From an uncultured bacterium (lineage in GTDB: Bacteria > Acidobacteriota > Thermoanaerobaculia > Multivoradales > JAHZIX01), in assembly GCA_965368975.1 (NCBI GenBank), contig CBDUPA010000007.1:32001-96000 (forward strand): a DNA stretch of 64,000 nt. The letters are read 5' to 3'. The position numbers and the translations under genes are program-made. Below, in pieces: positions 28,475 to 38,465 of the stretch (position 1 is its first letter; every line of letters begins with the position of its first letter). The notes under the pieces were generated by a model, which made no database searches, had not been told where the DNA came from, and saw nothing but the letters and a program-made list of their open reading frames with translations.

Positions 28475-31400
28475 ATGCCTAGCCAGAACCCTGATCTGAT
28501 CGACCCCTACGACGACGAAGGCCCCGAGGACAGCGGCCAACCCGAGGACGGAGCCGCCGACGGCATCGCGATCGTCGGCCTCGCCGGTCGCTTCCCGCAG
28601 GCGGCCGACGTCGCAACCTTCTGGCGCCAGCAACTCGACGGCTTCGAAGCCGTGCGCACGCTGACCCCCGAAGAGCTGAGCGCGGCGGGTGTCTCCACAG
28701 AGCAGCAGGCCGATCCGGCCTACGTGCCGGTCAAGGGCGTGATCGAAGACTACGCCGACTTCGACGCCGACTTCTTCGGCCTCAGTCCGCGCGAAGCCGA
28801 GATCATGGATCCGCAGCACCGCCTGTTCCTGGAGACCTGCTGGCAGGCCATCGAAGACGCCGGCTATGACCCCGCGCGTCTTCCTGGGCCCGACGGCGTC
28901 TCCGCGAGCGGCGGCCGCGGCGGCATCTTCGCCGGCTGCACGCTGAGCAGCTACCTGCTCTCCAACCTGCTCAGCCGTCCCGACGTCATCGCCCAGGTTG
29001 GACCGGTGGGCCTGCGTATCCACAACGACAACGACTCAGTCAGCACCTGGGTTGCCTACAAGCTCGGCCTCGAAGGCCCCAGCGTCACAGTCCAGACCGC
29101 TTGCTCGACCTCGCTCACCGCCGTCCACTTCGCCTGCCAAAGCCTGCTCAACGGCGAGTGCGACGTCGCCCTGGCCGGCGGCGTGTCGCTGACCTTCCCG
29201 ATGCATGCCGGGTATCCCTATCACGAGGGCGGCATCCAGAGTCAGGACGGCCGCTGCCGACCCTTCGACGCGCGCGCCAGCGGCACGGTTGGTGGTACCG
29301 GCGCCGGTGCCGTCGTGCTCAAGCGGCTCGACGATGCCCTGGCCGATGGCGACACCATCCGTGCCGTCGTGCGCGCCAGCGCCATCAGCAACGACGGTGC
29401 CCGTCGCGCCGGCTTCACCGCGCCCGGTGTCGAGGGGCAGGCACGTGCTATCGCCGAGGCACTCACTCTGGCGGATGTCGACCCGGGCACCGTCGCCTAC
29501 GTCGAGACCCACGGAAGCGCCACCAAGCTGGGCGACCCGATCGAGTTTCGCGCCCTGGTGCAAGCGTTTCAAGGCGTCGCCCGCCAGCTGGGCACGCCGG
29601 TACCTGTGTCCAGCTGTGCCCTCGGCTCGGCCAAGGCCAACGTCGGTCACCTGGACGCCGCGGCCGGCATCACCGGCTTCATCCGTGCCGCCAGCGCTGT
29701 CGAGAGCGGCCGGATTCCACCCTGCCTGCACTTCGAGACGGCCAATCCGGCGATCGAGCTGGACGGCAGCCCGTTCTACGTGCCGACCGCGGCCCGCGCC
29801 TGGCCCGAGCGCCAGGAGGACGGCCAGCCGGCACCGCGACGCGCGGGCGTCAGCTCGTTCGGACTCGGAGGCACCAACGTTCATGCGGTGCTCGAACAAG
29901 CGCCGCCGCCCGAGCCCCTGGATGGCGATGGCGAAGACGATGGCGACGCGCGTCCGTGGCAGTTGCTGCTGCTCTCGGCACGCAGCGATGCTGCCGCCGA
30001 CGCGGCTGCCGAGCGGTTGGCGGCACACCTGGAGGAGGGCAAGGCAGATGCGACATCGGCCGACCTCGCCGACACCGCCTACACCCTGCATGCCGGCCGC
30101 CGTCCCTTCCGTCGCCGTCGCGCCGTCGTGGTGCGCGCCGCCGCCGATGCCGTCGAGGTCCTGCGCGGCACGCCCGCTCACCGGCTGCTGCGTGGCGCGC
30201 TGCCCAAGGAGCAGGACAACCCGCCCGGCGTCGCCTTCCTCTTCCCCGGCCTGGGCGAGCACCATGCGGGCATGGCGCGTGAGCTCTACCGTCACGAACC
30301 CGCCTTCCGCGCCGCCCTCGACGCCTGTGCCGAGCACCTGCGTCGACGCGGCCCGGAGGAGGGTGGCCTCGACGTCGACCTGCTCGAATTGCTCTTCCCG
30401 CGCGAGCTCTTCCCGCACGGCAGCGACGCCGCGACCGCCAGCGAGAGCGAGCCCCCGGCGGTTCCGGGCGCCGGCCTGCGCCAGCTGCTGCAAGGGGAAG
30501 ACGAGGAGAAGACACCGGCGCAGGCGCGGCTCGACCGCACCCGCTATGCCCATCCCGCCACCTTCGCCGTCGAGTTCGCGCTGGCCCAGACGCTGATCAG
30601 CTGGGGCCTGCGGCCGAAGGCGCTGTGCGGCTACAGCCTGGGCGAATACGTCGCCGCTTGCGTCGCCGGAGTGTTCACCCTCGGCGATGCCCTCGACCTG
30701 GTGGTCGACCGCGCGCGCTGGGTCGACGAGTTGCCCGAGGGCGCCCTGCTCGCCGTGCCGCTATCCGAAGACGACGTGCGCAGCCACTTCGAGGCGCTGA
30801 GTCCGGAGATCGCGTCCGAACTGGCGATCGCCGCGGCCAACGGCGCTTCGCTGACCGTCGTCGGCGGCAGTCCCGACGCCGTTGATCGTCTGACGGACGG
30901 CCTCGACGCTGCCGGTATCGCCTGCCGCCGCATTCCCACCGTCCACGCCTTCCACACCCCGCGTCTCGAACCGCTGCGCTCCCGCCTCGCCGAGCGCGTC
31001 GCGTCCGTGCCGCGGCAGGCGCCGAAGATCCCGTTCCTGTCCAACCTCAGCGGTACCTGGATTCTTGACGACGAAGCGCAGAGTCCCGACTACTGGGCCG
31101 ACCACCTGGTGCGCCCCGTGCGTTTCACCGACGCGCTCGACACCCTGGTGCGCGACCCCGACCTGGCCCTGGTCGAGGTCGGTCCTGGCCAAGCCCTCGC
31201 CACCCTGGCGCGCCAGCACCCGTCGCGCGTCGCACGAGCGGACGGCAGCGCACAGACCGTCGTCACCACCCTCGGTGATCGCCGCGAGCCGACCTCCGAG
31301 CTAGCCCGCCTGCTGACGGCCGTCGGCCGCCTGTGGCTTGCCGGTGTCGAGCTACCCGAAGCCGCCTTCTACGCCGGCCAGGCTCGCCGTCGCGTGCCGC

Positions 31401-33484
31401 TACCGACCTACCCCTTCGAGCGCAAGCCGTACTTTGTGGAGCCGGGCACTGGCACTGGTACGGCCCTGGAAGCCGCTCCCAGCGCCAAGCCCGCCGACCT
31501 CGCCGACTGGGCCTGGCGCTGGACCTGGCAGCGCGACGATCCGACCGCCGAGTCACCACAGCAGCTCCCCGACGACCGCCAGGGAGAACCCTGCCTGCTC
31601 TTCGCGCCAGCATCCGGTCCCGGCAGTGAGCTGGCGGTGGCCCTGCAAGAACGGCTGGAAAGTGCCGGTGCCGCCGTCACCCTCGTCAGCGATACCGACC
31701 TACGAGCGGGTGATCGACCTGGCTACTCGAGGCTGCTGGCGTCGCTCACCGAACGGGACGCTCTACCGCATCAGATCGTGTGGCTGCGGCCGCTCGACCT
31801 AGATGTCGCGCTCGACGAGGCACAGGATCGTGCCTTCTACGGCCTGCTCTTCCTGGCGCAGGCTCTCGGCGAGCAGATGCTGCACCACGACGTGCGCATC
31901 ACCGTCGTCACCGATCGGCTGCACGACGTTACGGGCGACGAGGACGCCACTGACTTGCCCCTGGCGGCGCTGGCCTTAGGGCCCGTCCAAGTGTTGCCGC
32001 AGGAGTACCCGCGCCTGCAGTGCAGCCAAGTCGACCTCGACCTGCGCCACGAGCCCGCGCGCCTGGCCGAGCAGCTGGCGCAACAACTACTGAATCCGGA
32101 CACGCCCCGGTCGCCCGAGCCCGCAGTCGCCTATCGCGGTTCCCGACACGGCCACCGTTGGCTGCGTCGTCTCGACACCCGTCCCCTGCCGCCCGCCGAG
32201 ACTCCGTCCACCCGTCTGCGCGCCGGTGGCACCTACCTGATCACCGGCGCCCTCGACACGGTAGCCGGTCTCGCCAACCCAGCATCCGAGCTGGCGCTGA
32301 GCGTCGCCGAGCACCTGAGTGCCGCGGTCAGTGCCCTCGGGGAACCACCCTGTCTGCTCCTGCAAGGGCCCGCCCACCTGGCCCCCATCGAGAGCTGGCC
32401 GGAGCGCACGCGCCAGCGCGTCCAGGCGCTGGAGACGCGGGCCCGCGTCGAGATCCTGCGCCTCGACCTGGGAGCCTCCAACCGGGGGGGGCCGGACGCT
32501 GACGCCTGGCGCGAGGCCCTGGCCGCCCAGCCCGTCCTGCACGGCATCGTCCACGCCGCCGCCGTCGCCGGAGCTGGTGTCGTCCAGCTCAAGACGCGCT
32601 CGCAAGCCGAGCCCGTGCTCGCTCCCAAGGTCGCCGGCACGCTGGCCTTGCTCGACGCCGCCCGCGCCGCAGATCGTTTCGACGCCCTCGACTTCGTCGT
32701 CTACAGCTCGTCCGTCCTCGCCCTGATCGGCGGTGCTGGGCAGGTCGATTTCGCCGCCGCCAACAACTTCCTCGATGCGCTCGCCCGCCATGGCGCGGGC
32801 CTGGGCACGGAAGACTCGGGGTCTGGCTGTTGGATCGGCGCCCTCGCCTGGGACACCTTCGCCTGGGAACGCCCCGACCCGTTGCTGCCCGAACCCCTGC
32901 GCAGCCAGCTGGAAGACCTCGCGACGCGCTTCGGCATCGGTGCCAGCGAAGCTGTGGAACTGTTCCAGCGCAGCCTCGCCGGTCGAGGAGCCCACACCTT
33001 GCTGTCGCCGCGCCCGCTCCCGGCCCTCTTCGCGCAGTACGAAGCTCAGAAGTCCGGCGCCAGTCAGGTCGGTACGGCGGGCACCGGTGGAGAAGGCGCG
33101 AGTGCTGGTGCTCCAGGAGCGAGCCACGCCCGTCCCGATCTCGACACCGAGTACCGAGCGCCTTCCAGCGAGACCGAAGACACCCTCGCTGGTCTGTGGC
33201 AGAACGCCTTCGGCATCGACCGCGTGGGCGTCGACGATAACTTCTTCGAGCTGGAGGGCACGTCCCTGATCGCCCTGCAAGTCGCCACCCACCTGCGCGC
33301 CGCGCTGAAAGTCGACCTCCCCGTCGCGGCCTTGTTCGAGTCCCCGACCATCGCGGAGCTGGCGTCTAGGATTGATCGCCTGCGTCAAGAAGAGGCCGAG
33401 CTTGCCGAGGCGGATGCGCTGCTGGCGGAGATCGAAGGACTGTCGGACGAGGAGGCGGCTGCGTTGTTGGCGGAGGAAGCGTAG
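28475..33484 (+). CDS. Type I PKS module KS-AT-KR(likely inactive)-ACP
   Basis: KS: MDPQHRLFLE, VQTACSTSL, ETHGSAT, VGHL. AT: GYSLG and HAFH. KR: ITGALD and GQVDFAAAN. ACP: LEGTSL. Confidence 0.93.
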   Translation: MPSQNPDLIDPYDDEGPEDSGQPEDGAADGIAIVGLAGRFPQAADVATFWRQQLDGFEAVRTLTPEELSAAGVSTEQQADPAYVPVKGVIEDYADFDADFFGLSPREAEIMDPQHRLFLETCWQAIEDAGYDPARLPGPDGVSASGGRGGIFAGCTLSSYLLSNLLSRPDVIAQVGPVGLRIHNDNDSVSTWVAYKLGLEGPSVTVQTACSTSLTAVHFACQSLLNGECDVALAGGVSLTFPMHAGYPYHEGGIQSQDGRCRPFDARASGTVGGTGAGAVVLKRLDDALADGDTIRAVVRASAISNDGARRAGFTAPGVEGQARAIAEALTLADVDPGTVAYVETHGSATKLGDPIEFRALVQAFQGVARQLGTPVPVSSCALGSAKANVGHLDAAAGITGFIRAASAVESGRIPPCLHFETANPAIELDGSPFYVPTAARAWPERQEDGQPAPRRAGVSSFGLGGTNVHAVLEQAPPPEPLDGDGEDDGDARPWQLLLLSARSDAAADAAAERLAAHLEEGKADATSADLADTAYTLHAGRRPFRRRRAVVVRAAADAVEVLRGTPAHRLLRGALPKEQDNPPGVAFLFPGLGEHHAGMARELYRHEPAFRAALDACAEHLRRRGPEEGGLDVDLLELLFPRELFPHGSDAATASESEPPAVPGAGLRQLLQGEDEEKTPAQARLDRTRYAHPATFAVEFALAQTLISWGLRPKALCGYSLGEYVAACVAGVFTLGDALDLVVDRARWVDELPEGALLAVPLSEDDVRSHFEALSPEIASELAIAAANGASLTVVGGSPDAVDRLTDGLDAAGIACRRIPTVHAFHTPRLEPLRSRLAERVASVPRQAPKIPFLSNLSGTWILDDEAQSPDYWADHLVRPVRFTDALDTLVRDPDLALVEVGPGQALATLARQHPSRVARADGSAQTVVTTLGDRREPTSELARLLTAVGRLWLAGVELPEAAFYAGQARRRVPLPTYPFERKPYFVEPGTGTGTALEAAPSAKPADLADWAWRWTWQRDDPTAESPQQLPDDRQGEPCLLFAPASGPGSELAVALQERLESAGAAVTLVSDTDLRAGDRPGYSRLLASLTERDALPHQIVWLRPLDLDVALDEAQDRAFYGLLFLAQALGEQMLHHDVRITVVTDRLHDVTGDEDATDLPLAALALGPVQVLPQEYPRLQCSQVDLDLRHEPARLAEQLAQQLLNPDTPRSPEPAVAYRGSRHGHRWLRRLDTRPLPPAETPSTRLRAGGTYLITGALDTVAGLANPASELALSVAEHLSAAVSALGEPPCLLLQGPAHLAPIESWPERTRQRVQALETRARVEILRLDLGASNRGGPDADAWREALAAQPVLHGIVHAAAVAGAGVVQLKTRSQAEPVLAPKVAGTLALLDAARAADRFDALDFVVYSSSVLALIGGAGQVDFAAANNFLDALARHGAGLGTEDSGSGCWIGALAWDTFAWERPDPLLPEPLRSQLEDLATRFGIGASEAVELFQRSLAGRGAHTLLSPRPLPALFAQYEAQKSGASQVGTAGTGGEGASAGAPGASHARPDLDTEYRAPSSETEDTLAGLWQNAFGIDRVGVDDNFFELEGTSLIALQVATHLRAALKVDLPVAALFESPTIAELASRIDRLRQEEAELAEADALLAEIEGLSDEEAAALLAEEA

Positions 33485-33654
33485 GTGTGTTCAAATTGTA
33501 GGCAAGCTGCCGATGGCCGGAGGGATAGCATTTGCTTGCTTCATGATGGCCATCCGAGTTTTTCGCAGGAGTGCACGACAGGTTGAGGGAGAAAATGGCT
33601 GTGCGATCTCCTGAGCAAGTTCAGTATTGGAGATGATGGACTCGTTGTGGTGAT

Positions 33655-34365
33655 GTGATGTCGACAACTTGGAGCAGAGATCGTCTAATCTTGGCAGTTG
33701 CGGTTATTGCCTTAGTGCCGGCTTTCGGGCAGTGGCTTTTCCCTCTGATCGGGGCGAGTGATCCCGCTGCTGAGTCTGTAAAGCTACCTCCTCAACACTC
33801 GGCTTTGGTCAGTGTCAACTTCAAGGCAGGCGGAAGTCTGTTTAGTAGAGGTATTGATGCGTATGTCGATGGGATCAAGGTCGCAGGTGGTGGTGGTCAA
33901 CTGAAGTTCAGGTTGGAGCCCGGAGCATACGGATTTTATGCGCGAAGTGGAGACAAGGAAAGTAATGTTCTTTTGTTGAGCCTGGAGGAGCGGGACATTC
34001 TGAATGTAGAATGTTTTTATCCGGAGCAAATGGATCGACCCTTGCTCTGTGATTTCCGGGAATCTCCTCAGCTCGCTAGGATCTCGGTGATCAGGAAGGA
34101 CCAATTCTATGGCAGCCTAAGAGATTTTATTGTGAGTGTTGATGGGGTCGAGAAGTTTGCCCTCAGTGTGGGTGAGAGAAGAGTGATCTATGCGGAGTCC
34201 GGGGCCTCCAGGCTTGTTGTTGCCGCTGTCTTGCTGGGCGACTCTATTGTGAGTAACGAGCTGCGGCTTGATCTTCCTTTGGGTTCTTTTGTTGAGGTTG
34301 AGTGTTCCTCAGAGATGGGAATGTGGACTGGAAAAGTCCGGTGTGAGATTCAAGACAATGTCTAG
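33655..34365 (+). CDS. Hypothetical exported/membrane-anchored protein in a lower-GC segment
   Basis: 236-aa ORF with an N-terminal hydrophobic segment and two internally similar beta-rich halves (YVDGIK / SVDGVEK; VEC...C). Visibly AT-richer than the flanks. Confidence 0.6.
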   Translation: MMSTTWSRDRLILAVAVIALVPAFGQWLFPLIGASDPAAESVKLPPQHSALVSVNFKAGGSLFSRGIDAYVDGIKVAGGGGQLKFRLEPGAYGFYARSGDKESNVLLLSLEERDILNVECFYPEQMDRPLLCDFRESPQLARISVIRKDQFYGSLRDFIVSVDGVEKFALSVGERRVIYAESGASRLVVAAVLLGDSIVSNELRLDLPLGSFVEVECSSEMGMWTGKVRCEIQDNV

Positions 34366-34740
34366 CTAAAGTTGTTCGCGGCACTGTTGTGTGCATTGCC
34401 GCCTATCGCGGGCAAGAAGGCCTTCGGTGATTTGTGATCACAGTAAACAGTCCTCTGAGTCTCTTCCTCCCACGGCAAGTGATCGGACGCCAGGCTATTG
34501 GTTTGCCGGTTGGAACGGCCGTCGGACGAGGCTGCGGTGGTGTTCTTGACGGCGGAAAGCTAGACTGCCTGCACGCCAGGGGCCAGGAAGGTTGATCTCA
34601 ACTTGAGGGACTTGACATCAAGCAGGTCGACCACGCCGCGTGTCAGCCAGGTAGTACAGCCTGTTTCAGATAGCGATGCAAGCTGAAGATGCCTGGCGCG
34701 GAATCGCCTCTCAGCCCTCAACCAAGAAAGGCAGTTCATT

Positions 34741-35904
34741 ATGGCCCTGTACTTCGATCCTCCGGGCAGTGCGTTCTCCTCCAACATGCTCGCTCTCGGT
34801 TTCATTACAAACTTTCAGGGCGAATATGTCGTGACGCCGGACACGATTGATGGCTTTCCTGTCAGTAAGGTTCAGTATCAGTCCAACTCGACCAGCTTCG
34901 GACCTACCCGCATCAAGGCCATCTCGAATGTGTTGCCAGATGTGATTGTGCTCAGTGCGCAGAACAGTGATTTTGTGCTGCCTGGCGGCACACCGATCAC
35001 AGCGGTTGCGGGAGCCGTACTGCTGGATTCCTTCGGCCAGATCCTGGTATGGGATCAAGGTAACTGCAATGGCCAGGGATATCACGTTTTCGACACGGCT
35101 GGCGGGCCCATCGAACAGGAGACTTACCTCACCGTCTTTCATGAACTGTCGCATGCGTACCACAACGCATTGGGCAGTTCGCCGGCGGATCTCGTCGCGT
35201 CGGAGCTCTTGGCCATCCAGGAGACCAACCTGCTGCGCAGCCAGTTGGGATTGCCACTTCGCGACCCCACCAACCACGGCGGCGGATGTGGTCCCGGGCC
35301 GTCCGAGCCCTGGTGGAAGAAGTTCTTGAGCGAACTGGTCGAGTCGTTGGGGGTCTTTCTGGGCGGTGGGTCCGCGCCGGCGGGTGTTCCCAAGCTGAAG
35401 TCGGCCGAGGGCTTGCTGCGTGCGGAGCTGACGGCTAGCTCCGCCGCATTCGATCAAGGCGCTGATCGCTGGAAGGAGTCTCTGCAGCAGCCCGTGGTCG
35501 CCGGCTTGCGGTGCTTCTACAAGGCGGCAGCCATGGTGCTCGATCGCTCGCTGGATCACCCGCAACAAGCAAAGAGGATGATCGCTATTCTCTCGGAATT
35601 GTCGAGGAAAGATGTGCATCGTCGAGCTGCCAATCTTCTGTTGCCTCGTCGAGTAGGGCCCACGAGCGGAGCTGACGGCAGTGCTCTGGAACTGTTCGCC
35701 AGTGAGCCGTACCAGATGATCTGGCGGGCCTATGATCAGCTCTTTGGGAACGGCAAAGCGGTTTCCGAAGTGACCCGGAGCTTCAAGCGCGCTGTCGAGT
35801 CCTGGACCGCTTCGCTACGGCCGTCCGAACGCGAGCTGCCGGAGCGCCCGCAGCGCAGCACCTTGTTGAACGTTCCGACGTTGGTGCATCGGACCTTCCC
35901 GTAG
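34741..35904 (+). CDS. Putative zinc metallopeptidase (M91/NleD-like zincin)
   Basis: TVFHELSHAYH (HExxH) followed by ETNLLRSQLGLPLR. Confidence 0.6.
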   Translation: MALYFDPPGSAFSSNMLALGFITNFQGEYVVTPDTIDGFPVSKVQYQSNSTSFGPTRIKAISNVLPDVIVLSAQNSDFVLPGGTPITAVAGAVLLDSFGQILVWDQGNCNGQGYHVFDTAGGPIEQETYLTVFHELSHAYHNALGSSPADLVASELLAIQETNLLRSQLGLPLRDPTNHGGGCGPGPSEPWWKKFLSELVESLGVFLGGGSAPAGVPKLKSAEGLLRAELTASSAAFDQGADRWKESLQQPVVAGLRCFYKAAAMVLDRSLDHPQQAKRMIAILSELSRKDVHRRAANLLLPRRVGPTSGADGSALELFASEPYQMIWRAYDQLFGNGKAVSEVTRSFKRAVESWTASLRPSERELPERPQRSTLLNVPTLVHRTFP

Positions 35905-35972
35905 GAGGCGCGCCGACCGTGGGCGGAGTCGCTGGAGGGGGATCAGGTGACGGATGTAGAATCACTGCTGAA

Positions 35973-36737
35973 ATGGGCGACAACCTCTACTTCCAGCTGA
36001 CCCAAGAGTTCAACGCTGCGGGGACGATTGCCGTCCTCGCATCCGGCCAGGCAGTGGTGTACTACCGCTTGGCGATCATGAGCAAGGATGGCGACTGGAT
36101 CCTGCGAGAGACACCAGAGGCTTGTAGCCGGGTTCTGGAAGTTCTCGGAGGCTATGGTGCCAGCTATCGTGCGGGTGCACCGCTCGACGTTCGATGGCTG
36201 GCAGCTGGCTGGTCTAGTCACTTCGAGTTCCGAGATGCAAGGAATCGCCGAATTCGTTGCGACTTCTTCACGCGTCCGCCGCGCATACCGGCATCCGACT
36301 TGGAGCCTTTGTTTCGAAGATCTGCAGATCTTCCGGTGGTCGATGTGGAGTCTCTGGTGCGGATGAAGCAGACGCAACGAGCCAAAGACTACCCTGTGAT
36401 AGGGGAGCTGTCGCGGCTGCTGCCGCCGGAGCGGGAGATCGAGTTAACGACCAACCCTGATCGGATCTTGGACCTAGCGGCAGAGTATGGCTCCGACTCG
36501 CGGCGCCCCTGTGTCCAGGCTGCGCGCAGTGGGCAGGGGAGACGGACGGTTGTCCTAGAGTTGGCAGTCGAGGTCGACGAGCAGCAGCAAGAAGATCGCC
36601 GTCGCGTGAAGCGCTATGCTGCGGCGTCACAGAACTACATGCGAGAGATGCGCCGGCTGGATGATCTGCGCCTTCCACAAGCGCACGAGGCCCTCTGTCG
36701 TTTGGCGGAACGGGTGCTGCCAACTGAGATGGAGTGA
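35973..36737 (+). CDS. Hypothetical protein, possibly nucleotidyltransferase fold
   Basis: SGQAVVYY...SKDGDW...CDFF...KQTQRAKD resembles the NTase G-x-A/DxD/K..R.KD pattern. Confidence 0.6.
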   Translation: MGDNLYFQLTQEFNAAGTIAVLASGQAVVYYRLAIMSKDGDWILRETPEACSRVLEVLGGYGASYRAGAPLDVRWLAAGWSSHFEFRDARNRRIRCDFFTRPPRIPASDLEPLFRRSADLPVVDVESLVRMKQTQRAKDYPVIGELSRLLPPEREIELTTNPDRILDLAAEYGSDSRRPCVQAARSGQGRRTVVLELAVEVDEQQQEDRRRVKRYAAASQNYMREMRRLDDLRLPQAHEALCRLAERVLPTEME

Positions 36738-36746
36738 GGTGTCGCG

Positions 36747-36935
36747 ATGGAAATGCTCAGCGAGGATGATCTCAACCTCAAGGATATGACAGACGAGGAA
36801 CTAGGGAAGGCTTGGGATCTCTGGTTCGACCTGGCACAAGCAACCAACGACCATGACCCGCCGTACACGCACGGAGTCTTCGTCAATCTGACCTGGGAGG
36901 ACGTACGCGGGGAGACGGACGAAACTGAAAGCTAG
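36747..36935 (+). CDS. Small acidic hypothetical protein
   Basis: 62-aa ORF with a GAGGT RBS, 9 bp after the previous gene. Confidence 0.6.
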   Translation: MEMLSEDDLNLKDMTDEELGKAWDLWFDLAQATNDHDPPYTHGVFVNLTWEDVRGETDETES

Positions 36936-38446
36936 GTCGTAGCCCCCAGCAACCCCGGCAACACCATCCCCGCGACGGTCACCAGCAGCCAGAAGATCAG
37001 GTTCAACACCAGTCCCGCCCGCGCCATCTGCGGGATGGTGATCCGGTCACTGCCATAGACGATGGCGTTGGGCGGTGTCGCGACGGGCAGCATGAAGGCA
37101 CAGCTGGCGGCGAGCGTTGCTGGCACCAGCAGAGTCAAGGGGGCGATTCCGATTCCTACCGCGACGGAGCCGAGGATCGGTAGGAAGGCGGCGGCGGTGG
37201 CGGTATTGCTGGTCAACTCAGTAAGGAAGATGACCAGAATCACCACCAGCAACGTGAGTAGCAGCGGGGGCCAACCACCGACAGACTCGACGCCTCCGCC
37301 GATCCAGGTGGCGAGGCTGGTTTCTGGGGTGGGGTAGTTCTGGATCGCGGAGGCCAAGCTGAGGCCACCGCCGAAGAGCAGGAGTACCCCCCAAGGTAGG
37401 CGTTGGGCGGCTTGCCAGTCGAGCAATTTCTCCGGCGAGGCTCCGTCGGCTGGCGAGCTGCCGGACGGCACCAGGAAGAGCAGGATAGCGCTGAAGAGGG
37501 CGATACCGGGGTCCGAGAGGCCGGGCAGAATCGCGACCAGTTGTGGTCGGGTGATCCAGAGTGCAGCAGTGATGCCGAAGATCACCGCCACGCGCTTCTC
37601 GGCGGGGGGCATCGGGCCGAGATCGCGCAGTTGCTGGCGTACGACCTCGGTTCCCCCGGGGATGTCCTCGACTTGCAGAGGATAGATCCAGCGCACCAGG
37701 ACCCACCAGATGATCGTCAGGCCCACGATGACCAGAGGCAGGCCCATCAGCATCCATTCGACGAAGCCGATCTCGACGCCGAAGGTCTGGAGCATGTAGG
37801 CGGCGAGCAGGGCGTTGGTGGGCGTACCGATCAAGGTACCGAGGCCGCCGACGCTGCAGCCGTAGGCGATGCCGAGCAGCACACAGAGGGTGAAGTGTGG
37901 GCTGCGATCGGGTTGTTGAGCATCGACGACGGCGCCGGTACGCCATTTCACCTGTCCATCCTCGATCAGATCCGCGATCGACAGGCCGATGGGGAGCATT
38001 AGCATGGCCGTGGCGGTATTGCTGATCCACATGCTGAGCAGCGCCGAGGAAAGGATCAACCCGGCAACGATGCGTGGCGGACGGGTACCGAGCGCGGTGA
38101 TCAGGGTCAGCGCCAGGCGTCGATGCAGTTGCCACTTTTCGAGACCGAGGGCGAGCAGGAAGCCGCCAAGCAGCAGAAAGATCAATGGGTTGGCGTAGGG
38201 AGCCGCAGCGGCGCGAGCGTCGGTGACGCCGAGGAGGGGGAAGAGCAGCGGTGGTAGCAGAGCCGTGACGGGGATGGGCAATGCCTCGGTCATCCACCAC
38301 ACGGCCATCAGCAGCGCGACGGCGGCGGCACGCCAGGCCGCGGGGTCGAGACCGCTGGGAGCGGGCAGTGCGAGCAGCAGCAGAAAGAGGGCTGCGCCGG
38401 CGAGCAGACCGATCGGTAGCTTCTTGGTTGCAACATCGTGGGGCAT
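36932..38446 (-). CDS. SLC13/DASS family anion (di/tricarboxylate/sulfate):Na+ symporter
   Basis: WWMTEALP, SMWISNTATA, GTLIGTPTN, ELTSNTATA, FMLPVATPPNAIVYG. ATG at 38446. Confidence 0.92.
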   Translation of the reverse strand: MPHDVATKKLPIGLLAGAALFLLLLALPAPSGLDPAAWRAAAVALLMAVWWMTEALPIPVTALLPPLLFPLLGVTDARAAAAPYANPLIFLLLGGFLLALGLEKWQLHRRLALTLITALGTRPPRIVAGLILSSALLSMWISNTATAMLMLPIGLSIADLIEDGQVKWRTGAVVDAQQPDRSPHFTLCVLLGIAYGCSVGGLGTLIGTPTNALLAAYMLQTFGVEIGFVEWMLMGLPLVIVGLTIIWWVLVRWIYPLQVEDIPGGTEVVRQQLRDLGPMPPAEKRVAVIFGITAALWITRPQLVAILPGLSDPGIALFSAILLFLVPSGSSPADGASPEKLLDWQAAQRLPWGVLLLFGGGLSLASAIQNYPTPETSLATWIGGGVESVGGWPPLLLTLLVVILVIFLTELTSNTATAAAFLPILGSVAVGIGIAPLTLLVPATLAASCAFMLPVATPPNAIVYGSDRITIPQMARAGLVLNLIFWLLVTVAGMVLPGLLGATT

Positions 38447-38465
38447 CCCCGGTATTCTATGGCCT
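38447..38465. promoter_or_regulatory. Candidate bidirectional leaderless promoter (overlapping -10 elements)
   Basis: TATTCT (+, 38453-38458) lies 7 nt before ATG 38466. TAGAAT (-, 38459-38454) lies 7 nt before ATG 38446. Confidence 0.5.

Noticed and set aside
34366-34740. ncRNA or small ORF in the long intergenic gap
   Set aside because: I found no recognisable motif, stable conserved structure or RBS-supported ORF.
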